From: Octopus bimaculoides
Taxonomy: Eukaryota
Assembly: GCF_001194135.2 (NCBI RefSeq)
Contig: NC_068981.1
Span: 106,668,820 to 106,732,819, forward strand
Length of the DNA stretch: 64,000 nucleotides
Direction: 5' to 3'
The position numbers and the translations under genes are program-made. This document shows positions 51,201 through 63,811 of this stretch, piece after piece (positions within the stretch are counted from its first letter, which is position 1; each line of letters opens with the position of its first letter). A model generated the notes under the pieces. The model ran no database searches and was not told the DNA's origin. It saw only the letters and a list, made by a program, of their open reading frames with translations.

Positions 51201-52645
51201 ACACAGCCACACCTTGGGTTACCTGTTACCTTGGGCATTAAGGAGGAATGTTGTCATTAAGGCAACTTTGTTGTGTTTCTTCAGGATCCACATATCTTGT
51301 TTGTTGTTGTTGATGCTACTCATTGGGTTGGTAGTAGAGGTTGGATACACACAGACATTTTGTTAGTTAAGGTTTGAATTTTGAAAGTTTTTTTTCTTTG
51401 TTTTATGTACTTTCAGAGAATTTAAATTATCTAATAATTGTAAACAATGTAATTAGATTATTTTTGCTTGTCCTAATAATATATTTTGCATTGTCCAATG
51501 TATTTATGCACATGTTGAGTTAAACAAGAAACCTCCTTAAATCTTGTTTGGTGCATTTCTAATTATAACTTCATTGAACTTGCATGTAGATTTCTTTTAT
51601 TAAATTTTTTATTTCCATTCTTAACTATTTATTGTTTTCAAATTCAACTATTTAGATACAAGAAGCCTTTCTTAACTATTTGATTATTGCTTTTATATTT
51701 GTTAAAAACTATATGAAGATGCAGACACAAATGAAGTTTCAAATATAAAAATATGCAGGTGTTTTGTTAGATTCTAGATTACTCATGTAAAAAGAATTTC
51801 ACTTAAATTATTATATTTATCATTTTCCCGAATGAGCGCTTTTAACCATCTATTTATTTCTCAATGGAAAGAATGCAAAAATTGCTATGAGATAAACTTT
51901 GACAGAATAGGAGTTGAGGTATTTATTACAGCATTCATTAAAGACCTATATACTAACCATTTTACTTTACCAAATTCTAATAGTGATTATCTTTGTAAAA
52001 TCTACTAAGGACTATTCACTTATATAATTAATGACAAGGGATCACTTGAATAAAATACTCAGTGTTCTTCACCATTTAATAAATTAATAAAATATAAGCA
52101 AGGCTACAGGCACATGCATCGTTGTATCATTACGAAGTGCTTTACAACTGGGCATTTCTAGGTTGAGTCCCACTGTTCAGCTCCTTGAGCAAGTATCTAC
52201 TACTAAAGCTTTGAGCCAACCAATATCTTGTAAGTGAAATTGATTGATGGAAACTGAGAATTGTGTGTGTGTATGAATGTCATTCCATGGGCCCTCATTA
52301 ATATTGTCTATGCAAAAACATTTTTGTTTACATTTTCTGATAAGTAAAATGTCCTGTAGTTTCAGCACTTGATAGATGAGGACCAGTGGAATGGAAAATT
52401 CTTTACTTATAAAACAAGTAAGAGTTGATGAGAGCATCTACCTGTATAAAAAAAATAAATAAATCTGCCTCAACATAGGAGAATAGATGTGAAACTGAAT
52501 GAACAGACATATATAAAGATATATATTTAACTAAATACAGTTTATGCATGAACAGTTTAACTTAGGCACATTTCTACTCAGTATTCAGTTAAGCTAATAT
52601 TTCTACAAAATGCATAGTGAAAGCATTAGAGTAGGGAGATGGCCT

Positions 52646-52681
<36 letters not shown>

Positions 52682-55017
52682 GAGGCATGCTTATTGAAAA
52701 TGCAGAATAGTTGAGAGTGTATAAGACTGAATACAGTTTTAAAAAATTGAACCTTAGAAACCTTCAGAACTGAGGTCCATCACATTATGTACTATTGCAG
52801 ATTTGTTATGTTTATACTTAAAAGAAGAAAATAAAAACAGAAAAAAAACAGGTATTCAGTTTATGATGAGGATTATTGTTATTCTAAAAATTATGTAATT
52901 CAGTAACCATCAACCAGCTGATGGTTAAACAGCCACAGTAACATTTCCCTCTTTAATACTTTTTATATTTTATACATGAATCTGCATTTTTGTTTAAACC
53001 TTTGCCTAATGATTAAGTACTTTTCTATTCAGTTGATATATCAAAATTTCTGTCGATAAAAACCTTAAAATTTTAATTCTTCCCTACTCTTTTCACTGTT
53101 TTCATCAAATTCATTTATGAAGAGTATGTTTTTGGTCTGCCTTTATGATTTTATTATGAAGTTACATATCAAAACATATATCAAAAGATAGATGATTAAT
53201 ATAATGGTAACTGGTAATAAATAATCACAATCAGAACTCTTATAAAATAACATTTCAGCGTATTTTTAGTTTAAAAGAACAGTACAACTTACTGATTTAC
53301 CCTCATTGTTTTAAAATCTAGATTTATGAAATTCAAAAGGCAAGAGAAAATGATTTTTTTTTTCTTTTATAAATTAAAAATAAAACTGAATTGCACATTG
53401 TACTTTACAATTACATTTGTTACCACTTGAATTTTAAATATCAAATACATTTTAAATGAAAAGTATTTTGTCACATTCAGCTTTATTTGATAGTTACTTA
53501 TATTAAATGCCAATTATTAATTGTACTGATTGGCTTAATATCACAAATGCCAGAATTTCTCAAATAGACATTCTTGATTTGGCTTTTAAAATGTCTTTAT
53601 CTTCAGCATAATACATCATATATTTAATATTTAACGAATCTTTCCACAAATAATTATTTTTTCCTTTAAAGAGGAATCATATGAAAACAAAATTGTTACA
53701 TTATCTGTTGAAAGGTTTTAAGTTTTTCTCTTCAAAAATTTAAGAGCATTCATCTTTCAATAAATCTATAGAACATTTGGTCATGTATGGTCTAAAAAAA
53801 AAAAGATGATGATTAAAATTTGAATATAACAGAACTATTGACCATTCTAGAAAGCACAAAATGAATATTCATTTGGATAGTTCATGAACTTTATAAGCAC
53901 AAGACTTACTCTGTTTTCAAGTAAACACTTGATTTTATTGATTTTTAATTTTAGAAACTCCTTGTTTTTAATTTTATTTATGAAAACTTGATAGACTAGA
54001 CTAATAATTTTTATTTTGCTTCCTCATGAATATTTTATAAATTGATTTTTTTAAAAAGATTTTGAATAATAACTCTTAAAAACTTTTTTTAGTTTTGAAG
54101 ATTAATATTTTTTAAACAAGTGAACTACAAAAGCCTTGTATTTGTGAGATGCACGAGTTGAAACTTGATTAAACAATGTACAAGACTGACGTGAAGTTAA
54201 AAATTAGGTACCATTCTTATATCATAGTGAATAATTAACATTAATAGGGGTAATAACACTGTTGTAACAGTAAATACAACTAGTAGTTGTATTAGTAGTT
54301 GTAAGTTTTGAAGCTCATCAAATAACTTTGTGGGTAAACATTTCAGGGAGTTTTCTTTTCTTAGTTCACTTGGTTTCAGACATTAAGCTTACAACCTTGC
54401 TGGGATATCACTTTCAAGGGTTTCCGCTATTATTTTATTGATTTCTTTTTTTTATCAATTCTCTAAAATACATGTTTTACATTAAGGGACTCAATTCAAC
54501 ACATTAGTTTACTAAAGTAAACAAACTTGAACACACCATACACACACATTCACAGACAACATAGTTTAGAGAGAAATATTTGGTCTTGTTGGAGACACCT
54601 GTATAGTATCAGTGACATAATAAAATGCATCCAGTCCTTGTTGTAAAATGGCTAGTGATAGAAAAGGCATCCAGCTGCAAAAGCCATGTCAAAACTAATG
54701 GTATATATTGGACTTAACTAGTTTTTCTGGTGGATGATGAATTACCGTAGGTAATGAGATATTGGGAAACGCAACCAGCTGATTTCAGCATGGATAAACA
54801 AAATTAAAATAGTGATGATGCTACAACAGGCTTCCACAGTTTCCTTTCACCAAATTATATTTACAAGGTATTAATCACCCTTGAGTCTGAGAAAACATCC
54901 AAGGCACTGCATAGTGAAATAGAATCTATAACTATGTGGTTACTAAGTGAACTTCTCCATCATATAATCTTGCTTATGCCTTGAAAACTGAAATAGTTCT
55001 TGGTTTTTATAAGAGTG

Positions 55018-55598
55018 TTAAACCCTTTAGCATTCAGATTACTATGTCAAATGTAAAAGGGGTAAAGACCCCCTTTGGTCATAAATGACGATGGGATTGC
55101 ATCTAGAAAGTCCCCTTCTGAGGCACAAGTCTGGGCAAGGTTGTTTATGGAAGACCAGCTGTTGCCCATGTATACCAGCCTTCTCTCTTCATGCCACCAA
55201 TGTTATCCAAGGGAAAGGCAAAGTCTGACACAGTTTGACACCAGTGATGTTGCAACTCATTTCTGCAGCTGGGTGAACTGGAGCAAGGTGAGATAAAGTG
55301 TGGTTACTTAAGGACACAACACACAGCCCAGTCAGGGAATCAAAATCACTACCTCATGATTGTGAGCCCAATGCTCTAACCATGTACCTTCACTCCGTCA
55401 AATGTAATATATATTGGTTCACATTGATTTGAATTAATCATGCATTATCTTGTAGCTTTGAGATTTTGATGATGCGATTGTTGAGTTTTACAATGACAGT
55501 GTTAAGTATGTGTGAGAGGCCAGATCTGACCAGTTTGAACATAAAGCAAGTTGAAAATTTGGGGCCAGATTTGGTCAGTTTAAATGCTAAAGGATTAA
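55018..55598. mobile_element. family D TTAA MITE split by a SINE
   Basis: Ends TTAAACCCTTTAGCATT and AATGCTAAAGGATTAA. Confidence 0.85.
55057..55393 (-). mobile_element. SINE family B with TSD
   Basis: Direct repeat GTCAAATGTAA at 55046-55056 and 55397-55407. Confidence 0.85.
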
Positions 55599-55891
55599 AC
55601 TGTATTCTGTAAATTAATAAACACTTTATTCAAACTAATGAAAGAACTGGAACCTGCATGAAATAATGGCCAAATCTTCTCTGGATTACACCCTGATATC
55701 TTAAAAATAAAATGGAAGGACATATTGGATATTGTAGTTTTAGATACATTATGTCTGAAGCCAAGATGGTTATGGTTATAATACCTTTGATCATAGTATT
55801 GCACAATCAGGACTGACTTAAGGCTAAGTAACATCATTACCTCTTTGATTGTATTGTGATCAAGCTATTGAAAGTCATGTACTGTACCTCT

Positions 55892-56283
55892 CGTTGTTCG
55901 TCGTCGTCACTCTGTCGCTTACGACGTCGAGGGTTCCAGTTGATCCGATCAACAGAACAGCCTGCTCGTGAAATTAACGTGCAAGTGGCTGAGCACTTCA
56001 CAGACACGTGTACCCTTAACGTAGTTCTCGGGGATATTCAGCGTGACACAGTGTGACAAGGCTGGCCCTTTGAATTACAGGCACAACAGAAACAGGAAGT
56101 AAGAGTGAGAGAAAGTTGTGGTGAAAGAGTACAGCAGGGTTCACCACCATCCCCTGCTGGAGCCTCGTGGAGCTTTAGGTGTTTGCTCTCAATAAACACT
56201 CACAACGCCCAGTCTGGGAATCGAAACCGTGATCCTATGACCGCGAGTCTGCTGCCCTAACCACTGGACCATTGCGCCTCCAC
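55892..56283 (-). mobile_element. young tRNA-headed SINE with perfect 11-bp TSD
   Basis: TSD ACTGTACCTCT at 55881-55891 and 56284-56294. Minus-strand head GGAGGCGCAATGGTCCAGTGGTTAGG...GGTTTCGATTCCC; (GAC)n-like tail; CpG-rich. Confidence 0.92.
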
Positions 56284-56624
56284 ACTGTACCTCTACATGG
56301 CACCTATTTAAAGTATCAAGCTATTGGACCTTAGTTTAATGGTATTTGATGTTTGTTAACAAGATATGAATGGTCAGCACTTAATTCAATAAACTATTAG
56401 ATTAAACAGAATTGTCTGAGAATTATTTAGAATATGTGACATATTTAAACATTTGGTGATGCATGGTTTCTGGTCAATAGACTGTTCAACTATAAAATAC
56501 TTTAAATTATGTCAAATTTGTTTAAACTATCCTATAGTCAGTGAAATGATTACAAAGTATACGCTTTTTAATTTTCCCCACCATATTCATCTATAAAATA
56601 CAAAAGGGAAAAAATCATTGCTAT

Positions 56625-57025
56625 CATCATTATTGTTGTATTAACATTCACTTTTTCATGCTTGCATGGGTTGGATGAAATTTTCTTACGAAATTTTCTA
56701 TGCTCCTATGGTCTTTTCCGTTGCCAACTCTCACCTGTTTTCATGAATGGTAATATTTCCCCATGGCTAAACATATTTTCATGGAAGATTGGAAGCAAAA
56801 GACACCACTTATATGCCAGTGACACTCATTTAAAACTATCATGCAATATCAAGACAAAGAGATATTAATACACACATACACGACAGGCTTCTTTCACATT
56901 CTGTCTACCAGATCCACTCACAGGACTTTGGCCAGCCCAGGGCTGTAGTAGATGCCCACGATGCCAAGCAGTGGGATTGAACCTAAAACCTTGTAGTTGG
57001 GAAGCAAACTTAACCACAAAGTCAC
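56625..57025 (-). mobile_element. family G SINE
   Basis: Matches 25160-25595. Confidence 0.75.
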
Positions 57026-57162
57026 CATTATGTATGTGTGTATCTAAAGTGTATAAATAGTTAAAATGAAAATAGAAAAGTCAATCTTGAAGTGTATCTG
57101 TTATGACTGGGGAAACTGAGATATAGTTTTCTTGTCAATTTTTGCTTGTAGTGTAACCACAA

Positions 57163-57383
57163 TTAACCCTTTCGTTACTGTATTTATTTTGAGATGCTCT
57201 GTTTCTTTCAATTACTTTAAATGTAACAAAGAATTTAGTAAAATAACTTAGTTATCATTCAGCTAGTGTTAAGAACATAAATTGTGACTAAGGTTTGGTG
57301 GAAGATTTTAATTCAAAACTTATGAAAGCAAGACATTTTGTACTCAGAGCCAGTTTCAGCTGGGTTGGAAACGAAAGGGTTAA
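57163..57383. mobile_element. intact family E TTAA/piggyBac-type MITE
   Basis: Perfect ends TTAACCCTTTCGTT / AACGAAAGGGTTAA. TTAA with CCC...GGG termini is the piggyBac hallmark. Confidence 0.9.
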
Positions 57384-57759
57384 ATGCAGTATATTTAGTA
57401 TAAGTTTGCATATTATATTTTATATTAATTTCTTCTCTCATACCATTCAAAAGTGCTTCATTCAATTTGTGCAAATAATTAGCACTCCTTTCAGTTATAG
57501 CTCCTATTAATAATCCATAAAATTTTTATTAAGGTATAATGTATTCCATCGTGCCTATTTATGCATATAATTATTCTTGTGGTGAAGGGAAAACCAAATA
57601 TTGAATTTTAATCTTCTACTGGTTCACTCATTAGACTATAGCTCAGCTAATACACTGACTTCAAGTGTATCATACTTGGTTATATCAGATCCCCCTTTAC
57701 TTGGTGTTTATTTTATAAACCTTGAAAGGGATTGAAAATAAAGTCAATCAAGGTAGAAT

Positions 57760-58283
57760 TTAAGCTTTTTGTTACCAATCTGCTGCTTGAGATTGCCCCT
57801 GGTTGTATGATACAAACCTCTAGTTGTAAAATAATCTAGCTTTTTATATCTTCCATCAAAATATTGTGTTAATTTACTAAACATCAGTTTAACAATGGCT
57901 GTTATTTTACTAAATTATCTTTTACTGTTTTCAGTCATTAGAATGCAGCCATTATGAAGCACCACCTTGAAGAAATCTTAGTCAAATGGATTGACCCCAG
58001 TGCTCACTAAGGGGACATAAGTACACCAACACTGGTTGTCAAATGGTGTTGGAGGCCACACACACATGACAGGCTGTCTACCAAATCCAATCCACTCACA
58101 AGGCATTGGTCAGCCTGAGGCTATAGTAGAAGACATTTGCCCAAGGTGCTACACAGTGGGATTGAACCCACAGCAATGTGGTTGGGAAGTAAGCTTCTTA
58201 CTGCACAGTCATGACTGTGTCTTCATTATTTTCAAAATCAATTGAAACAAAAGCAATGTATTTCAAGAGAGCAAAAGGGTTAA
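57760..58283 (-). mobile_element. family E MITE split by a family A SINE (about 57918-58220)
   Basis: The two halves align with the reverse complement of 4876-5093 and end in AAAAGGGTTAA. Confidence 0.65.
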
Positions 58284-58416
58284 ACTTGGGATGTAAAGAG
58301 AGAATATTTTGTAAGATTCTTTGTCACTTATGTCTGTTATGATACAAAGCCCATTAAACCTTTCGTTACTGTATTTATTTTGAAATGATTTGTTTCTTTC
58401 AATTAATTTTGAATAT

Positions 58417-59157
58417 AACTAGAAAAGCACTCGGAGAGTGCAGACCTCCGCCAAGCAGCTCATTTCCACCCATATACACGCATGCTGAAAATTGCCCAAT
58501 TTCCCAAACCAATGCTGGCAAAAACATAACCTCCTTGGCGAGGGTAAAAAAAAAATAACACAGCCATATGATTTTAAGAAAAATAACCCTTTAAAAACAG
58601 GAATCATCTGAAGCAGTTCACAACCACCATCATCATCAGCAGCATTGTCTTTGCTTCCACTTCAACCACATACACTGCCATCAATGTTATCAAGACGGTT
58701 ACCTTGACAGTCACTTTCACCACCACAGCCAGTATAACCACTACAATACCGCCATCACACAGGATTATAATGGTGACAGGAGCAGTGTGATCACCGTTCC
58801 TGTCACCATTATAATCACTGATACTATTTTATCCTCCTCCCATACTTATCTCGACCATCGTCATCAGCAACGTCACTATAGGTTATGTGGAAACGATATG
58901 TTTTCAAGGGAGATAATCAAAGAATGTAACGTAATACTTTATGTAAAGTAAATATAACAAATGAAAAATCCTTCAAGAATTCAAAAAAATTCCCAGATCA
59001 CTACCAAAATTTCATCATCTGTTCCTTGTGTCATTATTAACTTTTCCTGAAAATTTCATCAAATACCGTTCACAACTTTTTGAGTTATTTTGCACACAGA
59101 TGGACCGACGGACAAACCAACGCCAATGAAAACATAACCTCCTTCCTTGGCGGAGGT
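58417..59157 (+). mobile_element. non-autonomous Helentron/HINE-like element with duplicated 3' terminus
   Basis: Subterminal inverted repeat ACCTCCGCCAAG (58444-58455) / CTTGGCGGAGGT (59146-59157). 3' motif AAACATAACCTCC..TTGGCG occurs at about 58521 and 59130. No TSD. Confidence 0.65.
58763..58816. repeat. near-perfect 21-bp hairpin
   Basis: GATTATAATGGTGACAGGAGC-AGTGTGATCACC-GTTCCTGTCACCATTATAATC, with one G.T pair. Confidence 0.9.
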
Positions 59158-60239
59158 AACAAAAAATTTATTAAAATAACTTAGTTATCATTAAGCTAGT
59201 GTTAGGAACATAAATTGTGACTAAAGTTTGTTGGAAGATTTTAATTCAAAACTTATGAAAACAAGACATTTGTACTTTAGAGCCAGAGCCGGCTTCAGCT
59301 GGCTTAATAATGAAAGGGTTAATAAGGAAAGTAAAATTAATCTCAGCAGTTTTCTTTTTATTTATTTATCTGCTCTATGTTTACAGAAACAGCAAAATAT
59401 TTCCTTTGTTGTTTTTAGTAGCTTTTTATAAGAACTTTAATGTTTTTTTTTTGTTAAATTAGTAATTAAACAAAACAATTTTTTTGTTTCAAAGGGAAAT
59501 ATTTTGAGTTCATTTAATTTCATTTTTGAGGATGAGATCCATTAAAAGTTATAACATACCATTAGTTTAGTAGCATATTAGTTAGCCTGTTATTGTTCAG
59601 CTTTGATCAGAAAGGCTGATGATCAAAGGCTTTTCAGCTGTGATCATCCCATCTTTTACTTAAGTTTTGTTTACTGAAGACTTTATTATCCAATGTGTCA
59701 TTCCCTTTTAAGATTGTACTGTAATTTAGGGTGATTTAACTGCTATTTTTAGCAGTTTGAGTATGCTACTCTAACTCACTTAAAACATGTCTATCCTCCT
59801 TTCACTGCCCAGATTCTGTACTAAGCATTTTACCTAATTCCTACTCTCTTAATGATTTTCCTGAAAATCTCAATCTACAAATGTCCAAACTGAACATCAA
59901 CCACATTAATCTTACTAGTCTGGGAGGGTCATCAAAAGTCATAGGCATTAAACCTTCATCTCTGAATAACTCATTTAAAAACTTTTTTTTTTAAATTTTA
60001 ATCATATATTCTCACAGGTTCTACATTGCATCTATAGGAAAATATGATATAGGTGCTTCGTTATAAAATTATTCATATTTTATTTACATTTTATTGGTCC
60101 AGTATCAGAATTTTGACTTAACTAATGGCAATATTTTTACAATATAAATTCTAAAGAAAGCATTACTTTGATATTATTCATGGAATTTGGATGTTTTGCA
60201 AACAACTTGCACATGCAAGTGCTACCAGTTGAGAACTCT

Positions 60240-60725
60240 GCATACTGGAAGCCAGCAAGTGTATGGGGTCATCAGGAGAGATTGCATGCTGTTTCGGGGC
60301 CAACCTCTTGATGGCATCAATGCGCACCAGCCCCCCTCACTGTTATGAGGCCCCATTTGCTGGTTATCAACTAGTTACCAAATAAAGCTCAATATTCTTC
60401 TATCCATCGCTCATCATCTCTTTTTAACCAAATGCAGTGGCTAACCTTTTCCACTGTAGTTTGGATATCAGTCATGGTGGTATTTACGTTATGATGAGTT
60501 AGGCCTAACAATAACAACAATCTCACACTGTCCAACAAACCCTCTACATCCAACTTCGATTGGAAAATGCACCACTTTCCAGCTTGCATCTTCATGTTCC
60601 TCGAGGAGGTTTATATAACGGTCAATCTTTTGAGTCTGATCAGCGTCCATGTTATCTTCATGAGGAACCATTAACTCGACTAGATTCACAACTTCCTTTC
60701 TTTCACACCACATTAAAATATCTAA
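60240..60725 (-). mobile_element. 3' end of an REL-endonuclease non-LTR retrotransposon (HERO-like)
   Basis: LDILMWCERKEVVNLVELMVPHEDN...HFPIEVGCRGFVG, then in another frame VEKVSHCIWLKRDDERW. This fits the PD..ELTVPWE..K..Y..EVGCRGF restriction-like endonuclease pattern. Confidence 0.8.
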
Positions 60726-61080
60726 TTTTGTCCAAGATGTTATCCTAGGATAATTATGTTATAATTTATGAAACTTAATATAATACTCACATGAATTGTC
60801 ATTAATTTCTTCGTCAGAACATTATATTCTTTTGTAGATATTACATGATTTTAAGCTGACATTTGCCATAACAACTAAAGGTATATTAAGTAAATATATT
60901 TTTGACAACTAATTAGCAAATCATTTACTAGAATTTTTTCTTTTTTTTTTCATGAATTACCATAATTAATATAAGGTAGCATATGTAATGTTTTCATGTT
61001 TAATGTGAGTATTATGTTTCATAAATTATAACGTAATCATCTTAGGATAACATCTTGGACACAATTAACTACAAAATTAG
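60722..61080. repeat. imperfect ~70-bp inverted repeats around ~210 bp (MITE-like)
   Basis: TCCAAGATGTTATCCTAGGATAATTATGTTATAATTTATGAAAC vs GTTTCATAAATTATAACGTAATCATCTTAGGATAACATCTTGGA. Confidence 0.75.
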
Positions 61081-61299
61081 TGACATGTCACAAAATAATT
61101 TCCTATTATATATATATTCATGAAAGCAATTTTAGAGAGAAGGAGAGAGTTTTTTTCTTTTTTCAATTAATCTCAGATGAAATATAATTTGCTATTATAT
61201 ATCTAGTCAGCATCAGTTAGGAAAATATTTATGCATTAAATACTAGCAGTGTAGTATGTAAGTATTGTAGTGAAATTACTATAAAACTAGTGTAGTAAG

Positions 61300-62170
61300 T
61301 GTCAAAAATGAAAGCTAGTTATTTCTATCTTCATTTATTCTTCATCTTTCTACTGCAATCTTTGTGTCATTTCCTTCATGTATTTTCATTTTCTCTCTTA
61401 TTCTTACAGCAAGCTTTGCTTTTGTTTCTTGTGTTTCTCACTGTCATTTTGCAGTACTTTATTTCTCCAGTCCACATTAGGCACTGACTTCTTGTGATAA
61501 TCTTCATATTCTGTCTGTACTGAAAGTCAAGTAAGAATTTCTTCATCTGTTTGACACCCCATCAAGAATTTGAAATCAGAAATATTTGAAAAATTGTTTC
61601 TTTATTTCCTTGCTCTTACATTCTTACTTCCCTTCATTATTTTCAGTAAGACAGTCATTCCAGTATTTCTTCTTTTCTGTTTTTTCCAACCATTCATTCA
61701 GAATCCAAATCTCCACCTCATTTCATTTTCAAACAAAATATCCCACCCATTCTTCAATGCTATTTTCCTCTCTCTATTCCTGTTATTTTATCACACTGCT
61801 GCTCCAATTCTGCTTTTCTGTTGTAGAACTGTTGTCTTTCTGCTTCTCTTCTCTTACACTCTCTTCTTATTTCACTCTTCCTTCTATCCATCCCTAGACT
61901 TTACTATCTACATACCTGACTGCCTATTTTGTTTGGTGGCTAACTGTTGGCTCTCACTCATCCACCTCTCTTTATAATACTTTCTTTTCTTTATACATTT
62001 TTCTACACAGCTTGCTTTCTCTTTCTATATTACTTCTATTACCTTGCCAATTCCTCCTCTCTTTCCGTCTCTCTTGCTTGTGCTCTCTCTTCCTTTCTTA
62101 TTGTTTCTTCCAACCTCTCTATATATCACTTCCTGCTCACAAACCTACCTGTCTCATTTGTCAGCTAACT
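61300..62170. other. strand-asymmetric pyrimidine-rich tract, possibly an ancient retroelement remnant
   Basis: C/T-rich + strand producing overlapping F/L/S-rich ORFs; no motif recognised. Confidence 0.3.
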
Positions 62171-63811
62171 GCTAGTAAATAATATGCAACAACACTTTCA
62201 GATATAGCGGAAACAAAAACTTTATATTATTTATAAAACAATCAACTCATCAACAAATATATCTGCCTGCATCTCCTTTTCCTCTGCGTTTTTGTTTTCA
62301 CTCTTCCACTAGTAATTATAGATGTTTCACTTCAATTATTAATATTTCCCCTCCTTTTCTCTTTTGTCTTTATGGGGGCTTAACTGCTGTGGGTTTTTGC
62401 CAATTCCAAGTTTTTAAATGTAAAAGTAAAAGGAAGAATATAACTTCAACAATTATGCTGAACGCTCCTTAGATTCTTATATAATATTAAGAATCTTAAA
62501 AAATGGTACCATTTTTTATGTCAAGGTGTCACCAATTTGTATAGTCGTTGGGATCCATGAAATCTTTGCAATTTTCTTTCTGCTTATTATTTCTCTCAGG
62601 GAAACCAGTTCTATGTAAAGTCCTTTGTTTAAAATTTGTATTGTCGACTGATTGCATTGTGGAGACAAGAATTGTCAGTTATGCAAGTTATTTTTATACT
62701 TTTAATTTTGACCTCTAAGTGTAACAATTTCAGTAAAAATTTTCAATAAAAACACATGCTTCTACCATGTCAGTTATTGGTCAAGTTTCTACTGCTAGAG
62801 TACTTTTGACAATTTTAGTAATGCATTTAGATTTCCAAGCAGTCTTTCATTGTCTTAAACATAAAGATAATATAGCCGCCTTGTAATTCCCCATCTTTCA
62901 AGTTGGTAGAAGAGGCATCACAGCATGCCACTGTTTATAAATGATTAAAATTTTCTAATTCCAAAGTAATTGAGATTTTGCTGTTTTGTTTTCCTGTTTC
63001 AGAATGAAACTTAACTCACACGTATAATATATTCTCTCCTCCATTTCTTGTCGTACAGGTATTGCCTTCCCCTACTTTCTTATAGCATTCCAGCAAGAAG
63101 GGACATGTTACTTGGCCTTAAGTATATTAAAATAGGGATTGGTCATAAACTTTGGAGAAATTACTGAAAACCAAATTAAGATTCATTTTTACTGATACTC
63201 AATATATTCAAACCATGGGGCAGTTGCTTCATGTTGTTTGTATAAAATAGCTGGAGGCGTGACATATCCAAGTGGATAAATTCAGAGTAGTGACTTATTC
63301 AAAGTAGGAAGGGCTGTTTCAAAGATTGTAACTAGTAGGATGTGGGGGATAGAGGAAGAAACCACAACACAGAGTTGCTACAGAAAGAAGTAGCATATAA
63401 AGATACTGAGTGGAGGCTTGGTCTGAATGCTTTCAGTACAGTGGACTTTAGTGAAAGATCAGGTAGTGGTATTAAATTGGGCCACAGTTTATCATCTTCA
63501 AGATGTATCTAGCTTTTTCAGCACTTTTTCCAAAGATTACTAACCATCAAGTACATTTTTCTTGTTATCCAGACTTAATTCATTTGTATGTAATTACAAT
63601 ACTGCACTTTGAAGCTGTTTCTCCAGCAAAACAGGTTTAGTATCGGAGATAATTAGAACTTAATCTTACCAAGAAGCAGTCTCTTTTACTTAGTATTTTT
63701 GTCCTCATATAGCTTCTATCTAATAAAATTATATTCAGTTACATAATTTGATTAAACCACTTTTCTATGCACACCATAAAGCTAGATTATGTTGGTTGTC
63801 TAGTCCAAGGA

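Larger units (their letters stand above)
58354..59322 (+). mobile_element. family E MITE split by a Helentron-like element
   Basis: 58354-58416 and 59158-59322 join to match 57163-57383. Confidence 0.85.

Noticed and set aside
56215-56283. tRNA gene
   Set aside because: It is the tRNA-derived head of a SINE bounded by TSDs; the same applies to the heads at 409 and 44848.
60255-60310. GAAAC...CTGATGA in the HERO-like 3' UTR as a hammerhead
   Set aside because: The helix II strands (CCCC/CCCC) cannot pair.
61570-62168. Overlapping F/L/S-rich ORFs up to 135 aa as membrane proteins
   Set aside because: Stop-codon depletion in a pyrimidine-rich strand explains them.
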